NCBI GenBank assembly: GCA_963695385.1
Contig: OY968780.1
Coordinates: forward strand, 163,645 to 227,644
DNA length: 64,000 nt
Reading direction: 5' to 3'
Source: an uncultured Coriobacteriia bacterium
Lineage (GTDB): Bacteria > Actinomycetota > Coriobacteriia > Anaerosomatales > PALSA-660
The position numbers were made by a program, and so were the translations under genes. Below the pieces are notes generated by a model. That model was given only the letters and a program-made list of their open reading frames with translations. It ran no database searches and was not told the DNA's origin. Shown in pieces: positions 19,058 through 29,231 of the stretch (its first letter is position 1; each line of letters begins with the position of its first letter).

Positions 19058-20674
19058 ATGACCGATCGGCAAGTCACGAACGACTCGTCGGGGCGCGTGG
19101 ATCCCGCGCCACCCAAGGGGCGGATCGCCCTGATCGAGGCCGGCTCTCCCGGACTGAACATCTACTCGCACATCGCGATGGGTCGCGGCGCGGCCCTTCT
19201 CGCGACGGTCGTCAGGGACTCGGGATATGAGGTCCGGGCGTTCATCGAGGACATCAGCGGCAAGGACTCCATCGATTGGGACTTCGTCCGGGCGGCCGAC
19301 GTCGTCGGCTTCTCGACGATCACTTGCACGCTTCCCCGGACGGGCCGGCTCATGGAACGCGTCCGGGCGGCTCGGCCCGAAGCTGTTATCATCCTCGGCG
19401 GCCCCGAGCCCACCTGCAGTCCGGAACGCAGCCTCGATCTGGGCGCCGACTTCGTGCTCAAGGGTGAGGCCGAGGAGACGTTCCCGCGCTTCCTGGACGC
19501 CGTGCGCGGTCACAGCACGGAGCCGCTCGAACGGATCCCGGGTATCGTGTGGCGCGAGGAGGGGGGCCTACGCGAAGGACCGCCGGCTACCCAGCTCCTG
19601 CGTCCCGATCTGGACTCGCTGCCGCCGGTCGACCGCTCGCTGGTGCACGAGGCCGGCAGCGCCGACTGCGCCCCCGTCTGGCGCGCGCGCGGCTGCCCGC
19701 AGCGCTGCGACTTCTGCGAGGTGTGCGAGATCTGGCCCCGCTATGTGGTCAGGAGCGACGAGAACAGCCTCTCCGAACTCATCGAGGCGCAGGACGCCGG
19801 GTACTCGACGGTGTTCCTGGTCGATGACAATGCGGCCGCGAACAAGCCGGCTTTCAAGGAGTTCCTGCGGGCGGCCACCAAGCGCGGGTTCGTCACCTCG
19901 ATCGCCGCGCAGATCAGAGCGGACTCGGCCTTCCTCCCCGACGGCAGGCTCGATCGCGAGTTCCTCCGCCTGCTGAGGCGCCTGTCCAGCGTGACGATCG
20001 TGTGCGTGGGCGTGGAGTCGGCGAGTGACGCGGCCCTGCAGCAGATCCACAAGTGGAGTGACGCCGCCCGCACCGCTCGCGCACTGAAGGCGATGCGCCG
20101 CTATGGCCTTCTCGTTCACGGCATGTTCATCGCCTTCCGCGAGGACGGCAAAGACGTCATCCGCCGCAACGGGGAGTACGCCCGCAAGTACGTGTCGTCG
20201 CTCCAGTACCTGTTCGAGACGCCCCTTCCCGGGACCAAGCGGACGCTGGAGCACGAGGAGAACGACGCGGTGATGTTCACCGACCCGGACGACCTCGCTC
20301 TCTACGACGGCATGCACGTCGTACTCCGTCCGGAGAAGATGGACGCCGCCGAGATGCAGGATCTCGTCGTGAAGGAGTATCAGCGCTTCTACTCGACACG
20401 GCGCGTGGTGGCCGCGGCTCTGCACGGGACGTTCGTGCGCTTCCGCCGGCTGAGCGAGGCGCAGAGAGCTCACCTGCGGCAGCTCGAGCCCGGGCGGAGG
20501 CTTCGCCGCTGGCTTCGATTCCACATCGAGTACAAGTACGCGCCGGTGGCGTTTCTCGCCATCGGCCGCCAGCGGGTGAAGAAGGTCATGAGCGATCCGG
20601 TGTACGCCGACTTCGTCGCGCGACTTCGTTCGATGAAAGGCGAACCCTTGCAGCATGTCCCGCCTCGAGTGTAG
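19058..20674 (+). CDS. B12-binding domain-containing radical SAM protein (class B)
   Basis: N-terminal cobalamin-binding Rossmann-like region (IALIEAGSP...VIILGGPEP...VLKGEAEE). A CPQRCDFC (CxxxCxxC) radical SAM motif follows. Confidence 0.75.
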   Translation: MTDRQVTNDSSGRVDPAPPKGRIALIEAGSPGLNIYSHIAMGRGAALLATVVRDSGYEVRAFIEDISGKDSIDWDFVRAADVVGFSTITCTLPRTGRLMERVRAARPEAVIILGGPEPTCSPERSLDLGADFVLKGEAEETFPRFLDAVRGHSTEPLERIPGIVWREEGGLREGPPATQLLRPDLDSLPPVDRSLVHEAGSADCAPVWRARGCPQRCDFCEVCEIWPRYVVRSDENSLSELIEAQDAGYSTVFLVDDNAAANKPAFKEFLRAATKRGFVTSIAAQIRADSAFLPDGRLDREFLRLLRRLSSVTIVCVGVESASDAALQQIHKWSDAARTARALKAMRRYGLLVHGMFIAFREDGKDVIRRNGEYARKYVSSLQYLFETPLPGTKRTLEHEENDAVMFTDPDDLALYDGMHVVLRPEKMDAAEMQDLVVKEYQRFYSTRRVVAAALHGTFVRFRRLSEAQRAHLRQLEPGRRLRRWLRFHIEYKYAPVAFLAIGRQRVKKVMSDPVYADFVARLRSMKGEPLQHVPPRV

Positions 20675-20697
20675 ACTCGGCCGTAATCGAATAGACG

Positions 20698-21015
20698 CGC
20701 CTGTGACGGGGAGTAGTACCTCGGCACCGAAGCTATAGAGAGTCGGGGATGGTGGAAATCCGACGCGGAGGGCCGGCGGAATGGACCCCTGAGGCTCCGG
20801 GACAAAGGCCACAGAGACGATTCGGCTGACTAGCCCCGGCGGACTCCCACCGATACAAGGGACCGCGTATCGGAGACCACGGCCAACGAGGGCCGCCCCT
20901 CCCGTACCGCGAAGACAAGAGTGGGCTCGCCGAACGTGACGGGTCAACAAGGGTGGCACCACGGGAGAAGCCTCTCGTCCCTTGAGGATGAGGGGCTTTC
21001 GCATTCCCCGAGGAG
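20698..21015 (+). promoter_or_regulatory. T-box riboswitch leader, predicted Trp specifier (UGG), upstream of trpE
   Basis: GA/K-turn plus AGTA box (GTGACGGGGAGTAGTA), an AGAGAG box, a specifier loop GAUGGUGGAAAU (UGG followed by A), and the T-box sequence AAGGGTGGCACCACGGG at 20948-20965. The bulge UGGC can pair with the GCCA end of tRNA-Trp. An SD GAGGAGG lies just before the trpE ATG, so control may be translational. Confidence 0.6.
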
Positions 21016-21022
21016 GACTGAC

Positions 21023-22528
21023 ATGCTGCTGCCCGGTAAGGAAGAGTTCGTAGCACTGGCCGCGGACCACGACGTGGTCCCGGTGGCTCGCGAGGTCTAT
21101 GCGGACCTGGCGACGCCGATCTCCGCGTTCCTGGCGCTGTCCGAGGGCGCCCCCCACGCGTTCCTTCTGGAGAGCGTCATCGGTGGCGAGCGCCTTGGAC
21201 GCTACAGCTTCCTGGGCATCGGCGCCGACCGGGTGGTCACCGCGCGCGAGGGCAGCGCGGAGATCGTCGAGGGCGCGGCCCGCCGCGTCGTCTCCGCGCC
21301 CGATCCGCTCACCGTCGTGGCCGACCGGCTCAAGGCCGGCAGCGTGGCGCGAGTGCCGGGCCTGCCGCTCTTCATCGGCGGGGCGGTCGGGTTCGTGGGC
21401 TACGAGGTGGCGTCCGGCTTCGAGAAGGTGCCGCGCCACGCCAACGACGAGCTGAACGTGCCGGACGCCGTGTTCATGTTCACTTCCACAGTCGTCGCGT
21501 TCGACCATGCGCGACGGGTGATGCAGGTCATCGCGCCGGTGCGGCCCGGCGAGCGTCCCGGCGACGACTACGATCACGCGGTCGCCAGGATAGACGGCGT
21601 GCTCCGGCGTCTGCGCGACGGTTGCGCTTCGGCGCCCCTGGGCGACGTGGGCGCCAGCGTGGAGGTGCCGCTGCGCACGCACACGTCTCACGAGGACTTC
21701 GTCTCCTCGGTGGTTCGCGCCAAGGAGCACATCGCGGCCGGTGACGTCTTTCAGGTGGTCCTCTCACAGCGCTTCAGCGCCCCCTACGAAGGCAACGGTC
21801 TGGACCTGTACCGCGTGCTGCGCGCCGTCAACCCGAGCCCGTACATGTTCTACCTGCGGACCCCGGACGTGACCCTCGTGGGTTCCAGCCCCGAGCCGCT
21901 CGTCCGTGTCGAGGGCGACTCGGTGCTGACCCGCCCGCTGGCGGGAACGCGCCCGCGCGGGGCGACGATCGTGGAGGACAGCCACCTTCGGGCCGATCTG
22001 CTCGCGGACGAGAAGGAGCGCGCCGAGCATGTGATGCTCGTCGACCTCGGCCGCAACGACCTGGGGCGCGTCTGCGTCGCGGGCACGGTCGCCGTCGGCG
22101 AGCTGATGGAGGTCGAGAACTACAGCCACGTGATGCACATCGTCAGCAACGTCACGGGCACGCTGCGGCCCGACCGCGACGCGTTCGACGCGCTGAGAGC
22201 CACCTTCCCGGCCGGCACGGTCTCCGGGGCGCCCAAGATCCGCGCGATGGAGATCATCCGCGACCTCGAGCCGGCGGCGCGCGGGCCCTATGCCGGAACG
22301 GTCGGCTATGTGGGCGCGGATGGCGCCATGGACATGTGCATCACCATCCGGACGGTGACGATTGCCGGTGGACGCGCGTATCTGCAGTCGGGCGCCGGCA
22401 TAGTCGCGGATTCCAACCCCGAGAAGGAGTACGAGGAGACCTTGCACAAGGCCCGGGCGCTGCACCGGGCGCTCGAGCTGGCCGCCGGATTGCGCGCGCA
22501 GGAGCCCATAGGAAGCGGGGTGGCATAG
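21023..22528 (+). CDS. trpE: anthranilate synthase component I
   Basis: The chorismate-binding family C-terminus is present (GAPKIRAMEIIRDLEP, GGAVGYVG-like motifs). ATG 21023 follows an SD. Confidence 0.9.
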   Translation: MLLPGKEEFVALAADHDVVPVAREVYADLATPISAFLALSEGAPHAFLLESVIGGERLGRYSFLGIGADRVVTAREGSAEIVEGAARRVVSAPDPLTVVADRLKAGSVARVPGLPLFIGGAVGFVGYEVASGFEKVPRHANDELNVPDAVFMFTSTVVAFDHARRVMQVIAPVRPGERPGDDYDHAVARIDGVLRRLRDGCASAPLGDVGASVEVPLRTHTSHEDFVSSVVRAKEHIAAGDVFQVVLSQRFSAPYEGNGLDLYRVLRAVNPSPYMFYLRTPDVTLVGSSPEPLVRVEGDSVLTRPLAGTRPRGATIVEDSHLRADLLADEKERAEHVMLVDLGRNDLGRVCVAGTVAVGELMEVENYSHVMHIVSNVTGTLRPDRDAFDALRATFPAGTVSGAPKIRAMEIIRDLEPAARGPYAGTVGYVGADGAMDMCITIRTVTIAGGRAYLQSGAGIVADSNPEKEYEETLHKARALHRALELAAGLRAQEPIGSGVA

Positions 22529-22531
22529 ACC

Positions 22532-24292
22532 ATGATCCTGGTCATCGACAACTACGACAGCTTCACATACAACCTGGTCCAGCTTCTCGAGACGCTGGGC
22601 GCGGAGGTGCGGGTCGAGCGCAACGACGACGTGACGCCCGAGCAGGCACTCGAGCTGCGACCGCGCGGGATCGTCATCTCGCCCGGCCCCGGAATGCCCT
22701 CCGATGCCGGCATGAGCGAGCGGATCATCTTCGCCGCGGGCGAGGCCGGCATCCCGGTGTTCGGCGTGTGCCTCGGCCATCAGGCCATCGCCGAGGTCTA
22801 CGGGGGCAGCGTGGTCCGGGGACTTCTCCCCGTCCACGGCAAGACCTCCGCGGTCAGCCACGAAGGTGGCGGACTGATGGAGGGGATGCCTGAGGACTTC
22901 ACCGCCACCCGCTACCACTCTCTGGTCGTGGAACGCGAGACCCTGCCCGAATGTCTCGAGATTACGGCCGAGACGTCCGACGGCGTCATCATGGGCATCA
23001 AGCACAGGACCAGGCCCGCCTTCGGCGTGCAGTTCCACCCCGAGTCCATACTCACGCCCGAAGGGATGGGCATCATCTCGAACTTCCTCGTGCTCGCAGG
23101 CGAGATCGACGCTGCGGAGGCGACCGACGTCGCCGGGGCCATCGGGGACACCGGAGGGGACATCCCGCAGAGGCTAAGTGGCGAAGCCCAAGCCTCGAGG
23201 ACCGTCCCCGCAGGTGTCCCCGATGGCCCGCTCACCATCCAGCAGGCCATCTCAGCGGTCATCTCGGGGCGGCACATGTCTGAGGAGCAGGCGGCGGGGG
23301 TGATGGGGATCATCATGGACGGGGAGGCGACCGGGGGGCAGATAGGGTCGCTCGTCACTGCTTTGCGCATGAAGGGGGAGACGGTCGACGAGGTCACTGG
23401 ATTCGCGCGGGCGATGCGACAGCGTATGACCATCGTGCGGCCACGCGCGGAGGGATACATCGACACTTGCGGCACCGGCGGCGACGAGCTGGCGACCTTC
23501 AACATCTCTACGACGACCGCCTTCGTCGTGGCGGGCGCGGGGGTCCCGATCGCCAAGCACGGGAACCGCGCCGTATCGTCCAAGTCGGGAAGCGCCGACG
23601 TGCTCGAGGCTCTCGGCGTTCGGATCGACCTGTCGGCGGAGGACATGGCGCACTGCATCGATGAGGTGGGCGTGGGCTTCTTGTTCGCCCAGGCGCTGCA
23701 TTCCTCGATGAGGCACGCGGGGCCGACGCGGCGCGAGATCGCGATACGCACCGTGTTCAACATCCTCGGCCCTCTGACGAACCCCGCCGGCGCCAAGCGC
23801 CAGCTGCTCGGCGTGTACGACGCGTCGCTGGCGCCGGTCTTGGCGGAAGTGGCCGGCCGCTTGGGCGCGGAGCGGGTCATGGTCGTGCACGGGCACCCCG
23901 GGATGGACGAGGTTTCCGCTTCCGGCCCCACGACGATCGCCGAGTTCCGCGACGGGTCCGTGTACACGTGGGAGATCACCCCGGAGAGCGTGGGCATCGC
24001 CCGCGGGTCGGTCGCCGGTCTGTCGGGCGGGGACGCCGAGCACAACGCCGAGATCGTGGTGTCCGTTCTGAGTGGTGAGCACGGGCCGCGAAGAGATGTC
24101 GCCCTGATGAACGCCGCGGCGGCCCTCATGATCGCGGGAGTCGTCGAGGATATGGCCGAGGGTGTGGTCAGGGCGCGCGAATCGATCGACTCCGGCTCGG
24201 CGCTGACCCGCCTCGAGTCGCTGGTCGCCTTGACCCGCAAGCTAGGGCGGCAGGCTGACGAGCGCAAGGCGAAAGAGGAGACGAACGCGTGA
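22532..24292 (+). CDS. trpGD: bifunctional anthranilate synthase component II (glutamine amidotransferase) / anthranilate phosphoribosyltransferase fusion
   Basis: The N-terminal half is a class I GATase (GVCLGHQAI, FHPES). The C-terminal half is TrpD (DTCGTGGDELATFNISTTTAFVVAGAG, KHGNRAVSSKSGSADVLEALG). Confidence 0.9.
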   Translation: MILVIDNYDSFTYNLVQLLETLGAEVRVERNDDVTPEQALELRPRGIVISPGPGMPSDAGMSERIIFAAGEAGIPVFGVCLGHQAIAEVYGGSVVRGLLPVHGKTSAVSHEGGGLMEGMPEDFTATRYHSLVVERETLPECLEITAETSDGVIMGIKHRTRPAFGVQFHPESILTPEGMGIISNFLVLAGEIDAAEATDVAGAIGDTGGDIPQRLSGEAQASRTVPAGVPDGPLTIQQAISAVISGRHMSEEQAAGVMGIIMDGEATGGQIGSLVTALRMKGETVDEVTGFARAMRQRMTIVRPRAEGYIDTCGTGGDELATFNISTTTAFVVAGAGVPIAKHGNRAVSSKSGSADVLEALGVRIDLSAEDMAHCIDEVGVGFLFAQALHSSMRHAGPTRREIAIRTVFNILGPLTNPAGAKRQLLGVYDASLAPVLAEVAGRLGAERVMVVHGHPGMDEVSASGPTTIAEFRDGSVYTWEITPESVGIARGSVAGLSGGDAEHNAEIVVSVLSGEHGPRRDVALMNAAAALMIAGVVEDMAEGVVRARESIDSGSALTRLESLVALTRKLGRQADERKAKEETNA

Positions 24293-25098
24293 CGTCCGTG
24301 CCCGAGAGCTTCCTCATCAGGATGGCCGCAAGGCGCATGCACGACGTCGATGCGCTTTTCGGCTCCCTCTCCCCTGCGGACCGGGAGCGGGTCGCGAGCT
24401 GCTCGCGCCGGGTCCGGGGATTCTCGACGGCCCTTCTGAAGGGGCCGGACGTGGCCGTGATAGCCGAGATCAAGAGGTCATCGCCGTCCGCGGGGCCCAT
24501 CGCCCCGGATGTGGAGGCCAGCACGCAGGCGCTGCACTATCAGCACGGCGGAGCGGCCGCGATCAGCGTGCTCACGGAGCCCAGCGAGTTCTCCGGATCG
24601 TTCGACGACCTGTCAGACGTTGCGGACGCGGTCGATCTGCCCGTACTCTGCAAGGACTTCGTCGTGGACCCGGTGCAGCTGTTCGTGGCTCGCGGACACG
24701 GCGCGGACGCGGTGCTGCTCATGGTGAGCGTGCTCGGCGACAGCATCGCGGAGTACCTGGACGTGATTCGCACGCTCGGGATGGAGGGGCTGGTGGAGGT
24801 CGTCGACGAGGTGGAGTTGGAGGTGGCCCGTTGCGTCGGCGCGCGTCTGGTCGCCGTGAACAGCCGGAATCTGCACACCCTGCGAGTCGATCGCGAGGCG
24901 GCCTTCCACTGCGTGCGCGCGGCCCGTGGGCTCGGGATGACGACGGTGGCCGCCAGCGGCGTGTGCGGCCGCGACGATGTCGTCCGGGCCGCGGCGGCGG
25001 GCGCCGACGCCGTGCTCGTGGGCGAGACCCTCATGCGTTCGGAGTACCCGGAAGATGTCTTGGCGGAACTCACGGGAGTGGGTAAGCACGCGGGATAG
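24289..25098 (+). CDS. trpC: indole-3-glycerol phosphate synthase
   Basis: VIAEIKRSSPSAG ... VLCKDF ... TIM-barrel IGPS signature. The start overlaps the trpGD stop. Confidence 0.9.
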   Translation: MTSVPESFLIRMAARRMHDVDALFGSLSPADRERVASCSRRVRGFSTALLKGPDVAVIAEIKRSSPSAGPIAPDVEASTQALHYQHGGAAAISVLTEPSEFSGSFDDLSDVADAVDLPVLCKDFVVDPVQLFVARGHGADAVLLMVSVLGDSIAEYLDVIRTLGMEGLVEVVDEVELEVARCVGARLVAVNSRNLHTLRVDREAAFHCVRAARGLGMTTVAASGVCGRDDVVRAAAAGADAVLVGETLMRSEYPEDVLAELTGVGKHAG

Positions 25099-25188
25099 GG
25101 ACCGCCGGGCAGGTCCTCCTTGTGGGACCTGTCCGCAGTGAAGACAGTGCGATAAGGGTGCGGGAGCGCCCGAAGAAGGAGGAACACG

Positions 25189-26535
25189 ATGCCCGAGAGG
25201 ACGAGGTACATGCTCGACGAGCGGCAGATGCCGACGCGCTGGTACAACGTGGCGCCCGATCTGCCCGAGCCGCCGTCGCCGCCGCTGGGCCCCGACGGCA
25301 ATCCCATCGGTCCGGAGGCACTGACGCCTCTGTTCCCCATGGGGCTGATCATGCAGGAGGTCAGCCAGGACCGATATATCGAGATCCCCGAGGAGGTCCA
25401 GGCCGTCTACAAGACCTACCGGCCATCACCTCTCAACCGCGCGCGTCAGCTGGAGAAGGTCCTAGGCCTCCCCGCTGGAGTGAAGATCTTCTTCAAGTAC
25501 GAGGGCGTAAGCCCGGCGGGCTCTCACAAGCCCAACACGGCCATCCCGCAGGCGTTCTTCAACAAGAAGGAAGGCATCAAGCGCATCGCCACCGAGACCG
25601 GAGCGGGCCAGTGGGGAAGCGCGATGTCCATCGCATGCGCCCTCTACGGTCTCGAGTGCACGGTCTACATGGTGGGCGTCTCCTACAACCAGAAGCCGTA
25701 CCGTCGCATGCTGATGGAGACCTATGGCGCCAACGTCATCGCCTCGCCGTCGAACCGCACCAACGCCGGCCGTCACGTCCTGGACATGGACCCCGGGTCG
25801 CTCGGAAGCCTCGGCATCGCCATCTCCGAGGCCGTCGAGGATGCCGCCACGCGTGATGACACCCACTACGCGCTCGGCTCGGTCCTCAACCACGTCATCC
25901 TGCACCAGACGATCATCGGCGAGGAGGCCATCCTGCAGATGGAGATGGCTCAGGCCGAGCCCGACGTCGTGATCGGCTGCGTCGGCGGCGGCTCCAACTT
26001 CGCGGGCATCGCGTTCCCGTACTATCAGCGCCGCAAGACACAGGGCACCAAGACGCGCCTCGTGGCGGTCGAGCCCAAGGCCTGCCCGACGCTCACGGCC
26101 GGGGAGTATCGCTACGACTACGGCGACGAGGCCAAGATGACCCCGCAGATGCTGATGTACACGCTGGGTCACGACTTCGTGCCTGCCGGGATCCACGCCG
26201 GCGGACTTCGCTATCACGGCGACTCGCCGCTGGTGTCGATGCTCGTCAAGACGGGCGATGTCGAGGCCGTCGCAGTGCACCAGAAGGCGTGCTTCGAAGC
26301 CGCAGTGCAGTTCGCTCGCGCCGAGGGCATCCTGCCGGCGCCGGAGTCGAGCCACGCGATCAGAGTGGCGATCGACGAGGCCGTCGCGGCCAAGGAGGCC
26401 GGCGAGGACAAGACCGTGCTGTTCAACCTCTCGGGTCACGGCCACTTCGACCTGGCCGCCTACGAGGCGTACAACACGGGCACTCTCGAGGACTTCGATT
26501 TCGCGGCCGGCGCGACCCTCTGTCAGCCGGAGTAG
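25189..26535 (+). CDS. TrpB2-type tryptophan synthase beta chain paralog
   Basis: 448 aa, with the long N-terminal extension and motifs typical of the TrpB2 clade (RYIEIPEEV..., [19 protein letters not shown]). Confidence 0.85.
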   Translation: MPERTRYMLDERQMPTRWYNVAPDLPEPPSPPLGPDGNPIGPEALTPLFPMGLIMQEVSQDRYIEIPEEVQAVYKTYRPSPLNRARQLEKVLGLPAGVKIFFKYEGVSPAGSHKPNTAIPQAFFNKKEGIKRIATETGAGQWGSAMSIACALYGLECTVYMVGVSYNQKPYRRMLMETYGANVIASPSNRTNAGRHVLDMDPGSLGSLGIAISEAVEDAATRDDTHYALGSVLNHVILHQTIIGEEAILQMEMAQAEPDVVIGCVGGGSNFAGIAFPYYQRRKTQGTKTRLVAVEPKACPTLTAGEYRYDYGDEAKMTPQMLMYTLGHDFVPAGIHAGGLRYHGDSPLVSMLVKTGDVEAVAVHQKACFEAAVQFARAEGILPAPESSHAIRVAIDEAVAAKEAGEDKTVLFNLSGHGHFDLAAYEAYNTGTLEDFDFAAGATLCQPE

Positions 26536-26539
26536 GGAA

Positions 26540-27178
26540 TTGGAGGGTGGCCGCACGCGCGTCAAGGTCTGCGGGCTGTGTTCCGCCGACGACGCGCGTG
26601 CGGCCGTCCTCGCGGGCGCGGATGCCATCGGCGTCGTGCTGGCCGACAGCCCGCGCAGGTTGACGCTCGCACAGGCCGAGGAGGTGCTCGCCGACGTCCC
26701 GCCGCTCGTCACTCGTGTGGGCGTCTTCGTCGACGCGACGGGAGACGATGTCGTGGCCGCCGTGAGGCGCCTGAGACTCGGGGCCGTGCAACTTCACGGA
26801 TCCGAATCGGCCGCCTTCTGTGAGCGGATCGACGCTCCCGTGGTAAAGGCCTTCCGCGTCGGCGACGGCTACACGGTCGCTGATGTGGAGGCGTATCGCG
26901 GGAGCGTGTGCGCTGTGCTGCTGGACACGTATGTCCCCGGTCTTCCCGGCGGCAGCGGGAGGTCGTTCCTCTGGGACAGCGCGCTGCTGCCCGACGGGAT
27001 ACCCGTCATCGTGGCGGGCGGACTGCGTCCGGGAAACGTGGGAGACGCGGTGCGCGCCTTGCGCCCGTACGCGGTGGACGTGTCCTCGGGCGTCGAGGAG
27101 CGGCCACGTCAAAAGGACAAGGCCGCGCTCGCGGCTTTCATGGCCGCGGTGCGCGCGGCCGACGAGGAGGTCGGATAG
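26540..27178 (+). CDS. trpF: phosphoribosylanthranilate isomerase
   Basis: VKVCGL ... GADAIGVV ... LLDT..PG..GGSG..F.W ... VAGGLRPGNV. TTG start at 26540 with a GGAG RBS upstream. The start is approximate. Confidence 0.75.
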   Translation: MEGGRTRVKVCGLCSADDARAAVLAGADAIGVVLADSPRRLTLAQAEEVLADVPPLVTRVGVFVDATGDDVVAAVRRLRLGAVQLHGSESAAFCERIDAPVVKAFRVGDGYTVADVEAYRGSVCAVLLDTYVPGLPGGSGRSFLWDSALLPDGIPVIVAGGLRPGNVGDAVRALRPYAVDVSSGVEERPRQKDKAALAAFMAAVRAADEEVG

Positions 27179-28414
27179 ATGAACGAGCCCCTGCTCCCAT
27201 CGGCGGAGTACGCATACTCGAGTCCGGATGCGCAGGGCTTCTTCGGGCCCTACGGAGGGTCCTTCGTGCCCGAAACGGTTGTGCCGGCGCTGCGCGAGCT
27301 GGAGATGGCGTTCGTGGCCGCCCGCAGCGATCCGGCGTTCCACGAGGAGCTCGGCCGCCTGATGCGCGACTACATAGGGCGGCCGACGCCGCTGTACAAG
27401 GCCGAGCGACTCGCCGAGGCGGTCGGCCTGGGCGCGGTGTACCTCAAGCGGGAGGACCTGAACCACACCGGCGCGCACAAGATCAACAACTGCATCGGCC
27501 AGGCCCTGCTCGCGAGGCGCATGGGCAAGCGCCGCGTGATAGCCGAGACCGGCGCGGGTCAGCACGGCGTGGCGACCGCGACGGCCGCGGCGCTGTTCGG
27601 CATGGAGTGTTCGGTGTTCATGGGCACCGAGGACATACGCCGCCAGGCGCTCAACGTCTACAAGATGCGCCTGCTTGGCGCCGAGGTCGTTCCTGTGCCC
27701 GACGGTACCGGCACACTCGCCGACGCCGTGACCGCCTCGCTCCGTCACTGGGTGGCACGCGTGGAGGACACCTTCTACATCATCGGGAGCGCTGTGGGCC
27801 CCCACCCGTATCCCGCCATCGTGCGCGAGTACCAGAGTGTCATCGGCCGGGAGACGATCGCCCAGCTGGCCGACAGGAGCATCCCGATGCCGGACGCCGT
27901 GTTCGCCTGCGTCGGCGGCGGCAGCAACTCCATCGGCATGTTCGCGCCGTTCATCGCCGGAGTGGACGCCGAGAAGCGGCCGATGCTGGTTGGTGCCGAG
28001 GCTGCCGGCCTGGGGTTGGACAGCGGCAAGCACGGAGCGTCTCTCACTCTCGGAGAGCCCGGCGTCATGCACGGCTTCTACAGCTACCTGCTCCAGGACG
28101 ACGCGGGGAATCCCCTCGAGGCGTATTCGATCTCCGCGGGCCTCGACTACCCCGGCGTCGGACCGGAGCACAGCTTCCTCAAGGACGAGCACCTCGTCCG
28201 ATACGAGGCGGTGACCGACCAGGAGGCGCTCGATGCGTTCGCGCTGCTGTGCCGCACGGAGGGCATCATCCCGGCGATCGAGTCGTCTCACGCCCTCGCC
28301 CTGCTGCCCAGGATGTCCGCCGAGTTGGGACCGGACGCCTCGGTCGTGGTGTGCGTGTCCGGACGCGGCGACAAGGATGTCGACATCGTGCGGGAGGCCG
28401 GTCTTGGCCTCTGA
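27179..28414 (+). CDS. trpB: tryptophan synthase beta chain (canonical TrpB1)
   Basis: GGSFVPETV ... HTGAHKINN ... [12 protein letters not shown]; 411 aa. Confidence 0.9.
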   Translation: MNEPLLPSAEYAYSSPDAQGFFGPYGGSFVPETVVPALRELEMAFVAARSDPAFHEELGRLMRDYIGRPTPLYKAERLAEAVGLGAVYLKREDLNHTGAHKINNCIGQALLARRMGKRRVIAETGAGQHGVATATAAALFGMECSVFMGTEDIRRQALNVYKMRLLGAEVVPVPDGTGTLADAVTASLRHWVARVEDTFYIIGSAVGPHPYPAIVREYQSVIGRETIAQLADRSIPMPDAVFACVGGGSNSIGMFAPFIAGVDAEKRPMLVGAEAAGLGLDSGKHGASLTLGEPGVMHGFYSYLLQDDAGNPLEAYSISAGLDYPGVGPEHSFLKDEHLVRYEAVTDQEALDAFALLCRTEGIIPAIESSHALALLPRMSAELGPDASVVVCVSGRGDKDVDIVREAGLGL

Positions 28415-29231
28415 CGCGCCGCGCGGTCTCGGGCGCGGATTCGCGCACGGCAGGCCGGCGCTCGTGGCATACGTGATGGCCGGCTACCCCGATCGCGCCC
28501 TCTCGCTGGCGGCCGTGCGCGCGGTCGCGCGTGCGGGTGCGGACGTGATCGAACTGGGAGTCCCATACGGCGACCCCCTCGCGGACGGTCCCGTCATCGC
28601 CGGGGCGGCCAAGGCGGCCATGGCAGCCGCGGGCGGGCGCTTCGGTCTCGCGGAGACGATAGGGCTGGCCGCCGAGTTCGTGTCCGATCCCGGAGTCCCG
28701 GATCCGCCGCCCGTGGCGCTGATGACGTACCTGAACCCCATGCTTCGGATGGGTTTGGGCAAGCTCGCCGTCGCGGCGCGCGAGGCGGGGATCGAGGGAT
28801 TCATCGTCCCGGACATGCCACCGGACAATGCCATGGCGATCGCCTGGCTGAAGGAGGCCGAGCCGATGGGGTTGGACACGGTCTTCCTCGCGACTCCCAC
28901 ATCCACGCCCGATCGTCTTCAGACGGTAGCGGAAGCGTCGCGCGGATTCGTGTACTGTGTGTCTACGACCGGAGTGACTGGCGAGAGGGGTGAGCTGCCG
29001 CGCGAGTTGGCGGCACTCGTCGCGAGGGTGCGGGAGTGGTCACGACTCCCAGTCGCCGTGGGCTTCGGCATCTCGACGCCGGCGCAGGCGACCGAGGTCG
29101 CCCGCATCGCCGATGGGGTGGTCGTCGGCAGTGCGGTGGTCCGCCGCCAGACCGACACGGATGCCCTTGAGGAGTACGTGAACGATCTGTGTGAAGCCGT
29201 ACGTGGCGAAAGGAGCTCGGACGATGTCTGA
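28404..29231 (+). CDS. trpA: tryptophan synthase alpha chain
   Basis: [39 protein letters not shown] is the TrpA signature. TTG 28404 follows a GGGAGG RBS and overlaps the trpB stop. Confidence 0.8.
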   Translation: MASDAPRGLGRGFAHGRPALVAYVMAGYPDRALSLAAVRAVARAGADVIELGVPYGDPLADGPVIAGAAKAAMAAAGGRFGLAETIGLAAEFVSDPGVPDPPPVALMTYLNPMLRMGLGKLAVAAREAGIEGFIVPDMPPDNAMAIAWLKEAEPMGLDTVFLATPTSTPDRLQTVAEASRGFVYCVSTTGVTGERGELPRELAALVARVREWSRLPVAVGFGISTPAQATEVARIADGVVVGSAVVRRQTDTDALEEYVNDLCEAVRGERSSDDV

